Positions 19,313-29,111 of a stretch of DNA of 64,000 nt are shown in pieces (the stretch's first letter is position 1; every line of letters starts with the position of its first letter). Under the pieces are notes generated by a model, which was not told the origin of the DNA, did no database searches, and saw nothing but the letters and a program-made list of their open reading frames with translations. Where the stretch lies: IMG/VR virus record IMGVR_UViG_3300031088_000759. One strand, 5' to 3'. The translations under genes were made by a program, and so were the position numbers. The DNA comes from a virus.

Positions 19313-20407
19313 TCATTTCTTAATTAAATGCTCTTTTTCAATGAGTTTTATTTCATCAATACTTAAATCAAATATATTATACAATTGATTGTCTAATTCT
19401 TTCGCTGTTAAATCATTCCACTGTATGAAACTATTGTTCAAATAATGTTCAAAGTCAGGAACAAAAACCCCAAAAGTTTTCAATCTTCCTGCTATTGACA
19501 AACGTAAGCAGAATTCAAAAAACTTAGTAGAAGCGTATTTATAAAAATTTTCTGATTCAATTTTAGTGTCAAAAAAGGCCAGTGAAATAGCAGCTCTACC
19601 ATATGTAGTGTTTTTGTCAAAATGAAATAATCTTATACTGCGATTTTCGTTTTCTATAATAGATTGACCCATACATATTTTGTATTTATCTTCTTGTATA
19701 AGATTTTTTCTATATTTATTATCATTTAAAACTTTTAAATCCCTAGAAATAACATAGTATGATGCTTTTCCTGTTCTTTCACCAGAAATGTTAGCATATA
19801 ATTTCAAAGATTCATCAAACTCTTTCTCTGACATAATCTTTTTAGCCTCTTCGAGAGAAATGGGGTTTAATTTTTTAACTTGTTGTGCTGAAAGACCGAT
19901 TTCGTTAACAAAAGCAGATTCATCACGATTATACAATGTTGAAATATTCATTTCTTTCATCTTATACAAAAGTTTTTTAGCAAGTGAAGCATAGGAAGCT
20001 TTTAAAGGCATAAGAGAATCATCATGTAATATTTTTGTGGAAAAATTTGTCAAATTCTCACTAAGAGTAAAACCTTCAGCATTCTCATTATTGCTCAGCT
20101 CAACGATTGTCAAACCTCCTGATATGAGTGTTCCAGGGAATATAGTTTTATTAGTTTCTCTTTCGTGGAAATAATGAACTCTTTTCAATCTTCTATTAGT
20201 GAGCAATTCTTTACGAAATTCAGGCAATCCGGTTGTTCCGTACCACCATCTACTAGCCATGTAAATCATGATAGAGCTTTTAGCAATATTTGTTCCCATC
20301 TTTTGAAAACAATGAAAAATAGGTCTATTCTGCGTGTTCTGATATGGCGGATTAGAGATTATGTAATCAAACTTTGGAACAGAATATGTTTTCTTCGAGA
20401 TTTTCAT
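19313..20407 (-). CDS. Eco57I-like adenine methyltransferase C-terminal half (NPPY + TRD), paralog 2
   Basis: KFDYIISNPPYQ at residues 11-22; IFPGTLISGGLTIV; C-term FVPDF...LDNQLYNIFDLSIDEIKLIE. Confidence 0.72.
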   Translation of the reverse strand: MKISKKTYSVPKFDYIISNPPYQNTQNRPIFHCFQKMGTNIAKSSIMIYMASRWWYGTTGLPEFRKELLTNRRLKRVHYFHERETNKTIFPGTLISGGLTIVELSNNENAEGFTLSENLTNFSTKILHDDSLMPLKASYASLAKKLLYKMKEMNISTLYNRDESAFVNEIGLSAQQVKKLNPISLEEAKKIMSEKEFDESLKLYANISGERTGKASYYVISRDLKVLNDNKYRKNLIQEDKYKICMGQSIIENENRSIRLFHFDKNTTYGRAAISLAFFDTKIESENFYKYASTKFFEFCLRLSIAGRLKTFGVFVPDFEHYLNNSFIQWNDLTAKELDNQLYNIFDLSIDEIKLIEKEHLIKK

Positions 20408-21144
20408 TTACAATCCCAATATAAAAAATGGTTCTTAAAAGATTTATCGTTGATGCTTGATTTTGACACCCAGAAGCTACCAACACCCATATTTCCCCAG
20501 ATGACAACATTGTCAAAAGTTCTCGACCCCAAAAAATGAACAAAATCGTCTATATTTCTTTTTTCTACTTTTTTACGGATATCATCTTGCTTAAAATGAG
20601 GATAACCACCTAACCATAAGGGATAGTGTTTTTCTGGCAATTTTTCATAATGATCCCAGTATTCAGAATCGCTAGGTGCCTCAATAGACTGAGGATGAGG
20701 CATCATTTCAAATGTTTCGCCAGATAAATAAACCCTACTGTCAGGATCTTCTAATGGCGATATAGCATCATCACTAGCACGCAATGTTTCAGCTTCAAAT
20801 TGTATAAAGCTTTCTTCATCATGTAATTCTTTAAGATAAAAGATTTTAGATATGCTTTTTGTTATATTGTCGAGATTTTTACCGTATGTTTGAGTGTCAC
20901 TGTGATAGAAATGCAGAAAACCATAATTTGGAATATTCAGAACTTTTATAATATGCTCAGGAATATTACTTAAATCAATTTGAGCAAAGAATACTAGTGG
21001 TGTTCCATCTTCTTCTACTGGATAGTCAAAATCGTCGCTTACATAAGGGTTGCCACCTAAAAACGAAGTTGTTGGAACATTGTCTTCAGATGGTGTGTAA
21101 CCAAAAGAAATTCTTTTCATAACATGAGAATAATCTTTTTCCAT
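20404..21144 (-). CDS. YwqG/DUF1963 family protein
   Basis: SFLGGNPY, PLVFFAQIDLS, GFLHFY, LGGYPHFKQDDIR, WGNMGVGSFWV, LYWDC; ATGA overlap with the MTase gene. Confidence 0.8.
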   Translation of the reverse strand: MEKDYSHVMKRISFGYTPSEDNVPTTSFLGGNPYVSDDFDYPVEEDGTPLVFFAQIDLSNIPEHIIKVLNIPNYGFLHFYHSDTQTYGKNLDNITKSISKIFYLKELHDEESFIQFEAETLRASDDAISPLEDPDSRVYLSGETFEMMPHPQSIEAPSDSEYWDHYEKLPEKHYPLWLGGYPHFKQDDIRKKVEKRNIDDFVHFLGSRTFDNVVIWGNMGVGSFWVSKSSINDKSFKNHFLYWDCK

Positions 21145-21269
21145 AATGAAACCTTTATTAGTGAGCTAATTTGTCAAATGTGATGTTTCCTACTTGTGTT
21201 TTTGTACTTATAATTATAACAACATGAATCTAATAGTTTTCTAATTATAATTACACTCTTTTCTATTCG

Positions 21270-21563
21270 TCACTCATAGTTGTAGGTTTCGGTTTCTGAA
21301 TCTTGGAGATAGGCTTCAATAATCCAACCTACGATTGTTTCTTCATCATCAAGGTCTACTTCTACGGGTTCAATCTCGAATTCATTTCCAATGATTTCTG
21401 TGTCTTGACCCGTAGCGATTTCTTCAATCATTTCAGTGCCAATGTCCCAGGCTTCGTTTTCATCCTGCGCTGAAACTTCTGATACTTTCAATTCTTCATT
21501 AACTTCTCTCTCGCACCAAAATTCATCACCTTCATGCGGAACAACAACTTGAATATTTTTCAT
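21270..21563 (-). CDS. Very acidic hypothetical protein, 97 aa
   Basis: AAGGAG SD and consensus promoter upstream. Confidence 0.75.
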   Translation of the reverse strand: MKNIQVVVPHEGDEFWCEREVNEELKVSEVSAQDENEAWDIGTEMIEEIATGQDTEIIGNEFEIEPVEVDLDDEETIVGWIIEAYLQDSETETYNYE

Positions 21564-21614
21564 GATTAACTCCTTCTATACAAAAGATCTTCTTATATTT
21601 TTCACAAGATTATA

Positions 21615-21643
21615 ATTATATCTATATTGGTGTTTCTTGTCAA
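21615..21643 (-). promoter_or_regulatory. Sigma70/SigA-type promoter
   Basis: TTGACA-N17-TATAAT on the minus strand. Confidence 0.75.
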
Positions 21644-21724
21644 GAATTATTATTAACAAAAACATACAGAAACGATTTTAAAAACCTTAGTTTCTGTGTT
21701 CAGTATCCCTTGTCTAAAATACGG

Positions 21725-21815
21725 TTTTCTTAAAAAGATGTAAAAATACAGAAAAACTCCCTCAAATAATTACGATAACAAGCGGTTTATTTGAGGGAGT
21801 TTTCTAAGCGATTCT
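21725..21815 (-). repeat. Conserved intergenic hairpin element, copy 2
   Basis: Perfect 17-bp stem 21753-21769/21787-21803, 17-nt loop, followed by ctaagcgattc. Confidence 0.6.
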
Positions 21816-21846
21816 AAAAGCTCTGTGTCGCTTCTATTAAACAATA

Positions 21847-23103
21847 TTATTTTCGTTTTTCTTCGTTTTCGTAGTAAGGTGAAAAATCCTCATTTGCTAT
21901 CTTTTCCAAATCGTCTTTATCAAACCATCCAAATATTTGATGTTTACCATTTTTTAAGTTAGCTTTCGGAGAGTAATTAATAAAAAACTTAGATTCCCTA
22001 ACGTCTTTTATGTCTGAATCTGCATTACTGCTCAAAGCATAAAGATTTCCATTAGTATTAAGTTTTGTTCGTGTTGGTTCAATGTACTCATCAGCTGCTT
22101 TTTTAGCTACATTACTACGGACTTCTTGTTCTTTAGATTTGCGACTTACATCTCGTTCATCATAGAACAAAGCCCCATTGCTGAAGGGATTGTTGCTACT
22201 TCCTAACCTCAAAGTACCATTGTCATTCGAGTCTTTGACTTTTTTCATCGTAGCAATCATTGCAGGGTTATCAGACACAATAGCTAAGAAGTCGCCACGC
22301 TGAAATTCTCCTTGCGGTGGTTTTATTGAATCTTTTTGTTCACCTTTTTCAAGTTTTACAGCAGCATTCACAAGATCGTCACGTTTAGTAGGAAGAGGCT
22401 TAACTTTACCTTTTAACATTTCACGAAGTTCAGATACTTTCATTCTATTGTACTTCCAGCTAGATTTCATGTCATCGTAGGATCTGTAATTCTTAAAGCG
22501 TTCTAATGCTGTTTCAATTCTTTCTTCTTTGCGCTCATCAGATCTGTATCCATGGCTCCTATCCTCACCAGCAATAACTAATACGCCTTTACCATCTTTC
22601 TCCAAATAAGTTATATCTTCTGGCTTAGATTCTCCATTGCTCAATCTTTTTGAAATTGCCGCTAAACCCCATTCTTCTTCAGCTTTAAAATCAGCTGAAT
22701 AAGTTAATCCAATGACTTTATCATCACTATCTTCTGAGCGAAGAAAACCTATGCCTGCTTCTCTGTTATTTACTTCTAATTCGGACATTTCTTTTAATTC
22801 TTCAGCACTTACTTCTTTAAGCAATTGTTGATAAGTAGTGTCTTTGAATTGTCTTTCATCCCTTGCTTTGAAATCATTCTCTAATTTTTTGATAAGTTTA
22901 TCAGCTTTTTGAACATGATTAGTATAAGGATTCGATTTTTTGAATAATCCAAACATACCTTTTTCTTTAACCATAGATTTTTCGTAAGCTTCTTGTGCTT
23001 CTTCTTTGTTGTTGAAGTGTGAGCCACCCACTGGACAATCTCTCACATCAGCACTACAAGGCTTAGGTCCATTCTCTGTATTGTGAAATTTCGTATTTGT
23101 CAT
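21847..23103 (-). CDS. HCCH-module protein, cargo unknown (about 418 aa)
   Basis: Start reassigned to MTNTKFHNTENGPKPCSADVRDCPVGGSHFNNKEEAQEAYE (AGGAG SD). Confidence 0.8.
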   Translation of the reverse strand: MTNTKFHNTENGPKPCSADVRDCPVGGSHFNNKEEAQEAYEKSMVKEKGMFGLFKKSNPYTNHVQKADKLIKKLENDFKARDERQFKDTTYQQLLKEVSAEELKEMSELEVNNREAGIGFLRSEDSDDKVIGLTYSADFKAEEEWGLAAISKRLSNGESKPEDITYLEKDGKGVLVIAGEDRSHGYRSDERKEERIETALERFKNYRSYDDMKSSWKYNRMKVSELREMLKGKVKPLPTKRDDLVNAAVKLEKGEQKDSIKPPQGEFQRGDFLAIVSDNPAMIATMKKVKDSNDNGTLRLGSSNNPFSNGALFYDERDVSRKSKEQEVRSNVAKKAADEYIEPTRTKLNTNGNLYALSSNADSDIKDVRESKFFINYSPKANLKNGKHQIFGWFDKDDLEKIANEDFSPYYENEEKRK

Positions 23104-23143
23104 ATTATCTCCTATGTTGATCATTGACAACTAGAATTTCTAA

Positions 23144-23848
23144 TCAAACCTTAGAAGAAGCAATGACAAGAGTAGTATCATCTTGTAGCTGTGATTCTTG
23201 ATCCATAAGATTCAAGAAGTTTTGAATGTCAAGGTTGCCTTCTAATGCTTGTTGTACAAGAGGTGCCCAAAAATCATGAGAGACTTGTTTTTCTGAAATA
23301 TTTAAAGATATTCCGGCTAATCCATCTGAGGAAACAGCAATTGCTTGAATATCCCCTTCACCGTACATGAATAAGGGTTCATAAGCTTCATCAGTTAAAA
23401 GTTTCGGATTGCCAGGATTGCTACTATCTTGATTTCGACAAATAAGTGTATGATCATCTTCTGCCTGTGATACTACTGCAAAAGCATCTCCTACTAAAGC
23501 TACACCCCAACTACTATGAGACTTCACTGCTAATGAAAGAGTGCAGCCCAAAGTGTCTCTATCATCACGAGACAACAATACTTCACGAGAAGCTTCAATA
23601 CCTCTATGTAAGGCTTCATCAATATCATTCCCAGCAATCAGAGAATCCAACGTTTCTTCAACACTTGTAGCAGCAGCTATTGAAGCACCAGTTACAGAGT
23701 TTTCGCCCAAAGAACTATCACCATCAGCAACAGCAATAACCGTATACCCATTTTCTTGTAAATACGCAAAAGAATCCTGATTTCCTTGATTATTTTCTCT
23801 ATGCGGGGCACTTTCAACGGTTCCAGCACTGATCCTCATATCACTCAT
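23144..23848 (-). CDS. PP2C-like (PPM family) protein phosphatase
   Basis: NQDSF, VIAVADG, GCTLSLAV, LVGDAFAV, AVSSDGL, DDTTLV; start set to MSDMRIS by GGAG spacing. Confidence 0.82.
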   Translation of the reverse strand: MSDMRISAGTVESAPHRENNQGNQDSFAYLQENGYTVIAVADGDSSLGENSVTGASIAAATSVEETLDSLIAGNDIDEALHRGIEASREVLLSRDDRDTLGCTLSLAVKSHSSWGVALVGDAFAVVSQAEDDHTLICRNQDSSNPGNPKLLTDEAYEPLFMYGEGDIQAIAVSSDGLAGISLNISEKQVSHDFWAPLVQQALEGNLDIQNFLNLMDQESQLQDDTTLVIASSKV

Positions 23849-23923
23849 TGTCATTCTCCAATCGTTGTTAAACTTCATTACAACTAATATCTGTCAAATC
23901 ACAAAAATACAAAGAAAAAGTGT

Positions 23924-24871
23924 TCAGAACAGCGTGTTCTCCTCTGTGTCTTCAAAAACTTTGTTACTATCATCCTCATTTAATATAGCTTTCCCATACA
24001 AACGCATATACTCTTCTACTACATCAGCTTTCCCAAAACCTCTTACAGAAGTATTCTTCTCACCCAGTTTATTGAAATCTATATTTTTCAAATTATCTAA
24101 TACTTTTTTATTAGCGCTTTTGAAAAACATCCATTGTTTTTTCCTGTCTAATTTCAAATCGGGAGAGTTAGTCAAAGGTGTAAACTCACCCCAACCTTGA
24201 CGGTACACAGCAAAATCCCAATCATGATCAAACATCCACAAAGCGGAGGGAACACAGTTGTATATAAACATTTCAAAATCTTCATGTTTAGTAGGTGGTG
24301 CTGTGTAGATTCTATAATCTACCAAATTCGTATCAGTGATAGGCAATTTAGTCCACACTTGAAAAACACAGCGTACAGAATACGCTTTCCCCTCAAAAGT
24401 AAATGAATCAGGATTGATAACCTCATTTACAACAAGCCTTGCGTATTTATCAATATTCTTCATAGTTAAATATTTCATAAACTGAATAGGCAATATGAAA
24501 GCCACCGTATCAGAATACTCAAATGCTTTCTCAATAAAGTCTAATGCTAATTGACTACGCTTACCAAAAGGTGGATTACCTATGACTACTAACTCTTCTT
24601 TGCCAGGAAAATTTTCAAATATTCTTTCTACATCATCATCAATAAAATCAGCATATTCTATTTCGTCTCTCTGAGGGTCAATGTCTGTGCCAAAAATTCT
24701 ATACCCTCTATCATGAGCAGCATCTATGAAGCTTCCCCCACCAGCTGAAGGTTCAAGAAAAGAAACCTTGTTATAGTTTAATGATTCTAAAACAGGCTTT
24801 AATACATCAATGCACTCACCCGCCATTTTTTCTGTGGTAAAAAACTGGTCCAACTCTTTTGCTTTACTCAT
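23924..24871 (-). CDS. N6-adenine DNA methyltransferase, complete (gamma-type motif order)
   Basis: LDQFFT, FLEPSAGGGSF (motif I), VIGNPPFG (motif IV), AFILP. Confidence 0.82.
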   Translation of the reverse strand: MSKAKELDQFFTTEKMAGECIDVLKPVLESLNYNKVSFLEPSAGGGSFIDAAHDRGYRIFGTDIDPQRDEIEYADFIDDDVERIFENFPGKEELVVIGNPPFGKRSQLALDFIEKAFEYSDTVAFILPIQFMKYLTMKNIDKYARLVVNEVINPDSFTFEGKAYSVRCVFQVWTKLPITDTNLVDYRIYTAPPTKHEDFEMFIYNCVPSALWMFDHDWDFAVYRQGWGEFTPLTNSPDLKLDRKKQWMFFKSANKKVLDNLKNIDFNKLGEKNTSVRGFGKADVVEEYMRLYGKAILNEDDSNKVFEDTEENTLF

Positions 24872-24926
24872 TCTTTCTCCAAAGATTTTTGTATGTACAA
24901 AGAAATCTTATCAAAATATTGCAGAA

Positions 24927-26072
24927 TCAGTCTTTTTCCAGACCTTCTTTATACCATACATTATAAGAGCCAGTTCCCATTTGTAATTTACTTGGGATAC
25001 GAATCAACTCATCAGTATTGTAGTTCTTCTTATTCACAATCTTTAAAGAACCATCTGGGTTTTTAATAGCATAAGTACTATTTTTATTATTGAAAAGAAC
25101 TTTTAAGTATTTTTGACCATCTGTTGTCGTAAATTCATAAGACAAACGCGCTGTATCTGTTCCAGAATTCACAACAGCAGTAACATTCCACTGCTCATCT
25201 TCACTGAGAGAAATTTCTGTTTCGCTAATGTATCCTTTGCCATCGTTCTGCCTGAAATTAACAATACTATAATCTTTTACTTGTTGGCTATTTCCTTTTT
25301 TCCCGCTGCTTTTTACGATATCATAAATTTCTTGAGAATTAACTGTATGATTCTTAGAATTAAAATCCTCAGCATAGGTTCTCATCTTCGCATCAAGTTT
25401 TTGAATTACGGCAGCTTCATCCTTGCCACCCTCTTTACTGTAAATATTCAACAATTCTAATTTTTCAGAGTTATCTAACGTGAAAGCGTCTGCGTTGATA
25501 AGAGATGACACTCTTTGAATCCCCGCTGCTGAATTAGTAGCAGCACCAAACTTAGTTTCCAAGTTCATTACATTTTCATCATTTGCAATAACTACAAGAT
25601 CACTATCAGCGCTATTTCCACCACTATTTCCTGATTGAATGGAAAAATTATCAGAACCTATCTTTTCAGCGGTTAATTTTCTTAAAGATTGTTTCCATTC
25701 ACTAAGGATTTTTTCTATTTCTTCTTCTTTCAGTCCACGTAGTGCTACAACTCTTTGAGAATCATTTATTTGACTAATATTTTTCGCAATAACTTTTATG
25801 TCTGATCCAGTGGCAACTGCTTCTTCGCATAAATTAGTCACTAACGATACATTAGAGCCAAAAACTTGAGTATTCTGCTTGACAATTTTTTTGACTAATT
25901 TAGGCGTTCCAACTTTTTGCTGCAAAAGGTTTTCTGCGGCTGAAATTGCTTCTTGTTTTGAAGAATAGTGTGTGCGTTCAGAATTATCTTCATCTCGAAA
26001 CAAGCAATTTCCTGGCTGAGCTCTACATATTCCAGCACGCATAGTATCTGGATTAATGTGATATCTTGACAT
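24927..26072 (-). CDS. HCCH-module protein with putative PD-(D/E)xK restriction-like nuclease cargo
   Basis: N-term RYHINPDTMRAGICRAQPGNCLF...HYSSKQEA; ADSDLVV...MNLETKFG resembles D-x(n)-ExK; directly upstream of a DNA MTase. Confidence 0.55.
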   Translation of the reverse strand: MSRYHINPDTMRAGICRAQPGNCLFRDEDNSERTHYSSKQEAISAAENLLQQKVGTPKLVKKIVKQNTQVFGSNVSLVTNLCEEAVATGSDIKVIAKNISQINDSQRVVALRGLKEEEIEKILSEWKQSLRKLTAEKIGSDNFSIQSGNSGGNSADSDLVVIANDENVMNLETKFGAATNSAAGIQRVSSLINADAFTLDNSEKLELLNIYSKEGGKDEAAVIQKLDAKMRTYAEDFNSKNHTVNSQEIYDIVKSSGKKGNSQQVKDYSIVNFRQNDGKGYISETEISLSEDEQWNVTAVVNSGTDTARLSYEFTTTDGQKYLKVLFNNKNSTYAIKNPDGSLKIVNKKNYNTDELIRIPSKLQMGTGSYNVWYKEGLEKD

Positions 26073-26073
26073 G

Positions 26074-26126
26074 AAAAAACTCCTTAGACAATAACTTTTA
26101 TCAGTTAATTATCTAACGAGTTTTTT
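26074..26126 (-). promoter_or_regulatory. Hairpin/terminator whose 3' arm contains the SD of the nuclease-cargo gene
   Basis: Minus-strand RNA AAAAAACUC G UUAGA U AAU U AACU-GAUAAA-AGUU AUU G UCUAA G GAGUUUUUU C AUG. Confidence 0.6.
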
Positions 26127-26141
26127 ATAGTTAATTAGACT

Positions 26142-26318
26142 TCAGAGAATCTGTTCAGCGTAGATTCGATCACCCATAATCACCTGAACAACAATGTCCT
26201 CACCAAAGACTTCATCCATAGCTTCACAAGCAGCATACTCATTTTCAAAAGAAATTTCGCTCACAAGCTCACCATCAACAGTAATAACTCGAAGGGTAAC
26301 ATCATCATTCTGAAACAT
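26142..26318 (-). CDS. Small acidic protein, 58 aa (not in ORF track)
   Basis: MFQNDDVTLRVITVDGELVSEISFENEYAACEAMDEVFGEDIVVQVIMGDRIYAEQIL; GAAAGG SD; TTGACA-N17-TATTAT at 26365-26393. Confidence 0.7.
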   Translation of the reverse strand: MFQNDDVTLRVITVDGELVSEISFENEYAACEAMDEVFGEDIVVQVIMGDRIYAEQIL

Positions 26319-26389
26319 TTGAACAACCTTTCACAGTGTCAATAAATATCTTGTTTTCATAAATATAATAACATAAACTTAGTATAGTG

Positions 26390-27052
26390 TCAATTCACAA
26401 ATTTAGACGAAAAATTATTTAACAAATTCATATCATCTCTAGACAAACCATACCAGTCATTAGGGCACAGAAGCAAAAGATTGTCATCAGTAAACGATGA
26501 AACATCAAACACTTCTCTGCGAACTAAATCAGCGTTCTTGTGAACAACATCATCAACCCAAGCTACACCTACTGAATCATTTTTAAAACCTTTGAAATAG
26601 TCAAGAAAAGCGTCGATTTTTGAAAAATGGTCAGAAGAAAGTTCGTTATTACCCCATGGAAGATAAACTGGGTTTCGACTATACGTAAAACCAAGCCTAT
26701 CTGATACATCTTTCATATGACCTCTCCAAGTTGTCAACCATACAACCTGAACACTATCATTATTCGTCAAATCATTAGAAGCCTCTACAAGATCTTTTGA
26801 CCAAGCAAGAGGATATGATTTCGGCTCTTTGTTCAAAACCTTAACACCATTGACAAACTTTGGAGCTTTAGGGTTGTAATGAGGATTAGGATGGTTCTCT
26901 TTATGCGTTAAATTGTAATAATCTTTTTTAAAGGTTCCTGAACGATACATAGCATTGAAAACACCATCAAAATCATAAAAAAGGAATAATTTAACCCCAT
27001 CAGACATATATTTATCAACCGTGAATTTAACTTTGTCTAACATTCTAATCAT
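26390..27052 (-). CDS. HAD-superfamily hydrolase (HAD_SAK_2-like)
   Basis: LFLFYDFDGVFN, VVWLTTWR, AWVDD. Confidence 0.72.
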   Translation of the reverse strand: MIRMLDKVKFTVDKYMSDGVKLFLFYDFDGVFNAMYRSGTFKKDYYNLTHKENHPNPHYNPKAPKFVNGVKVLNKEPKSYPLAWSKDLVEASNDLTNNDSVQVVWLTTWRGHMKDVSDRLGFTYSRNPVYLPWGNNELSSDHFSKIDAFLDYFKGFKNDSVGVAWVDDVVHKNADLVRREVFDVSSFTDDNLLLLCPNDWYGLSRDDMNLLNNFSSKFVN

Positions 27053-27090
27053 TACTCCTTTTTTTTATTCATCAATGCTTATCGAAAATT

Positions 27091-27480
27091 TCAGAGATCC
27101 ATCTCGTTGTCAATAGTATAAAAGACCTTGCGAATTCCTCGTGCCTTAAGTGCCTCCTGGCAACGCTTACAGGGCTTGCTCATACGAGGCTCACCATTCT
27201 TGATAACACGTGCAATGTAAATCGTAGCACCATTAAGATCAACCTTGCGGCAAGCATTAAGAGCAGCCACCTCAGCATGAACAGCTGCATGCTCAGCAGC
27301 CACTTCATCAGTAAGATATGCCGGATCATTCACACCATAATTAATTCCCACAGAGATAGTCTTTCCCGACTTTCGAATAACAGCACCATGCTTATAGTTG
27401 CACTCACTCATCTTTGCCAGCTCACAAGCCTGATCAAGATACTTCTGATCCGACTTGGACATCTCCTTGACATACTTCAT
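27091..27480 (-). CDS. Zinc-dependent cytidine/deoxycytidylate deaminase family protein
   Basis: HGAVI, HAEVAAL, MSKPCKRC; GAAAGG SD. Confidence 0.85.
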   Translation of the reverse strand: MKYVKEMSKSDQKYLDQACELAKMSECNYKHGAVIRKSGKTISVGINYGVNDPAYLTDEVAAEHAAVHAEVAALNACRKVDLNGATIYIARVIKNGEPRMSKPCKRCQEALKARGIRKVFYTIDNEMDL

Positions 27481-27518
27481 TTTTTGAACCTTTCACATTC
27501 AATATCTTCTATGTCCTT

Positions 27519-27547
27519 ATAATACTACAAAAAACTTATCTTGTCAA
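27519..27547 (-). promoter_or_regulatory. Sigma70/SigA-type promoter
   Basis: TTGACA-N17-TATTAT upstream of the deaminase. Confidence 0.7.
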
Positions 27548-27660
27548 ACTCTACAAAAAACGCAGAATTAAAAGAACAGACATGAACATGATAACACAAA
27601 GATTATATAACAGAAGCACAAATATCTTAGGCCATTTTGTTAAACCTGTATCTATTATCC

Positions 27661-28974
27661 TCAACTTAAACTTCTGTTACGAGCAATCCAGTAGCCCATA
27701 ATCCATCTTCTAACTTCATCCGCACTATCACCACGTGATGAGCCATATAAATAAGAATTAGAAGAAGGATAATAAAAACCTTCAGAAGCTCTTGTCAAAA
27801 GTTCTCTACCATTGTAAAGACCCATATACTCATCAGGAAAACCTTTATAGCACTTAACACTTAAAGATTCATCAAAGTATTCTTCTTTTTTCAGCTTCGC
27901 AAACATTTGTGATTCAGCAAAAGTGTTATCCTCTAACTGAACTAGATGAACATATTCATGCAGTAGAACACTTGATTCAGCGTTGTTTGTATAATCTTTC
28001 TTCGCAAGAATCACGCTACCTTGAAGGAATTTTGTGTCTTTTATTTCATACATAGGCTTGTCAATAGTTTGTAATTTACCATTGAAATGTACTTTTGAAC
28101 TGTCAGAAATCTTTTTTCCCCGAGATTTTGTTGATAAACCTTCTCCAATCCATACTTCATCATAGATATCCGAGTCAGCACGTTTGACTTTAGCACGTGA
28201 ACCCCAACCTTTGCCCATCTCATCTTTATACACGAAATCTCTAATATAGACAGTTCCGTCCTCTAAGTCTTTTATCATTTCACGCTCAATCTCACCAATT
28301 TTTGCCCCACTTGATTTAACAGACACACCAAACGAAGTATTGCCAGAATGTTGTCCATCAAACTTATTGTTGTCTATACGAGTAGCTTTAGCAAGAATAG
28401 GAGTTCCTGATAAACGCTTTTTAACACTGTTAGGCAACACTTCCACGGCTTTATTCAGCTGCTTAGACAAACTTCCATAAACATCATTAGATAGTGATTC
28501 TCCAGTGGTTGTAAGCTCATTCATAAGCTTATGTGTTTCCTCTTCCACTGTTTTAAGCTGCTCTTGACTGAGTTGTTGTTCGAAAATGTCAAAAGAAACA
28601 CGTTTACTCAGTTCTTCATCAAAAATTTCGCCAATTTTCACTAAATTATCTGGTGAAAAATTTTTTAAATAAGAGACAAACTTGTCAACATCAGAAGAGG
28701 AAATATTAATGTTCTCATTAAACAATTCATCAATTTTTGATTTTAAAATTTCAACATCTTTTCTTGCGTTCTTGTTTGAGCCTTTCTTCACAGTTGTGGT
28801 TACACTGTTTTTCTGTGAAAGTCTAGTTTCAGCAACTTTCACTGCTTCTGTGAAATTTTCATAGTGAGATTCAGTACCACCAAATCTACATTCTCTTAGA
28901 GTAGCATTACACGGTTTAACCTCATCGTTACTATTAATGTGAAACTTTTTTAGTTTAGCCATGATTTTTATCAT
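27661..28974 (-). CDS. HCCH-module protein with HEXXH zincin-like metallopeptidase cargo
   Basis: KFHINSNDEVKPCNATLRECRFGGTESHYENFTEA; C-term VLLHEYVHLVQ and downstream RELLTRASEG; start could be 28962. Confidence 0.68.
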   Translation of the reverse strand: MIKIMAKLKKFHINSNDEVKPCNATLRECRFGGTESHYENFTEAVKVAETRLSQKNSVTTTVKKGSNKNARKDVEILKSKIDELFNENINISSSDVDKFVSYLKNFSPDNLVKIGEIFDEELSKRVSFDIFEQQLSQEQLKTVEEETHKLMNELTTTGESLSNDVYGSLSKQLNKAVEVLPNSVKKRLSGTPILAKATRIDNNKFDGQHSGNTSFGVSVKSSGAKIGEIEREMIKDLEDGTVYIRDFVYKDEMGKGWGSRAKVKRADSDIYDEVWIGEGLSTKSRGKKISDSSKVHFNGKLQTIDKPMYEIKDTKFLQGSVILAKKDYTNNAESSVLLHEYVHLVQLEDNTFAESQMFAKLKKEEYFDESLSVKCYKGFPDEYMGLYNGRELLTRASEGFYYPSSNSYLYGSSRGDSADEVRRWIMGYWIARNRSLS

Positions 28975-29046
28975 CTACCTTTTTAAAGTATTTTTATTCT
29001 AATCTTTTTCTATACGACTTAGAAGAGAATGTAAGCTTGTCAAAGA

Positions 29047-29075
29047 TTGACTTTTTCGTGTTTTTGATGTATAGT
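29047..29075 (+). promoter_or_regulatory. Sigma70/SigA-type promoter
   Basis: TTGACT-N17-TATAGT. Confidence 0.7.
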
Positions 29076-29111
29076 GTTCATAACTATTATTCTCATTGAG
29101 GAAGGTCTAAT

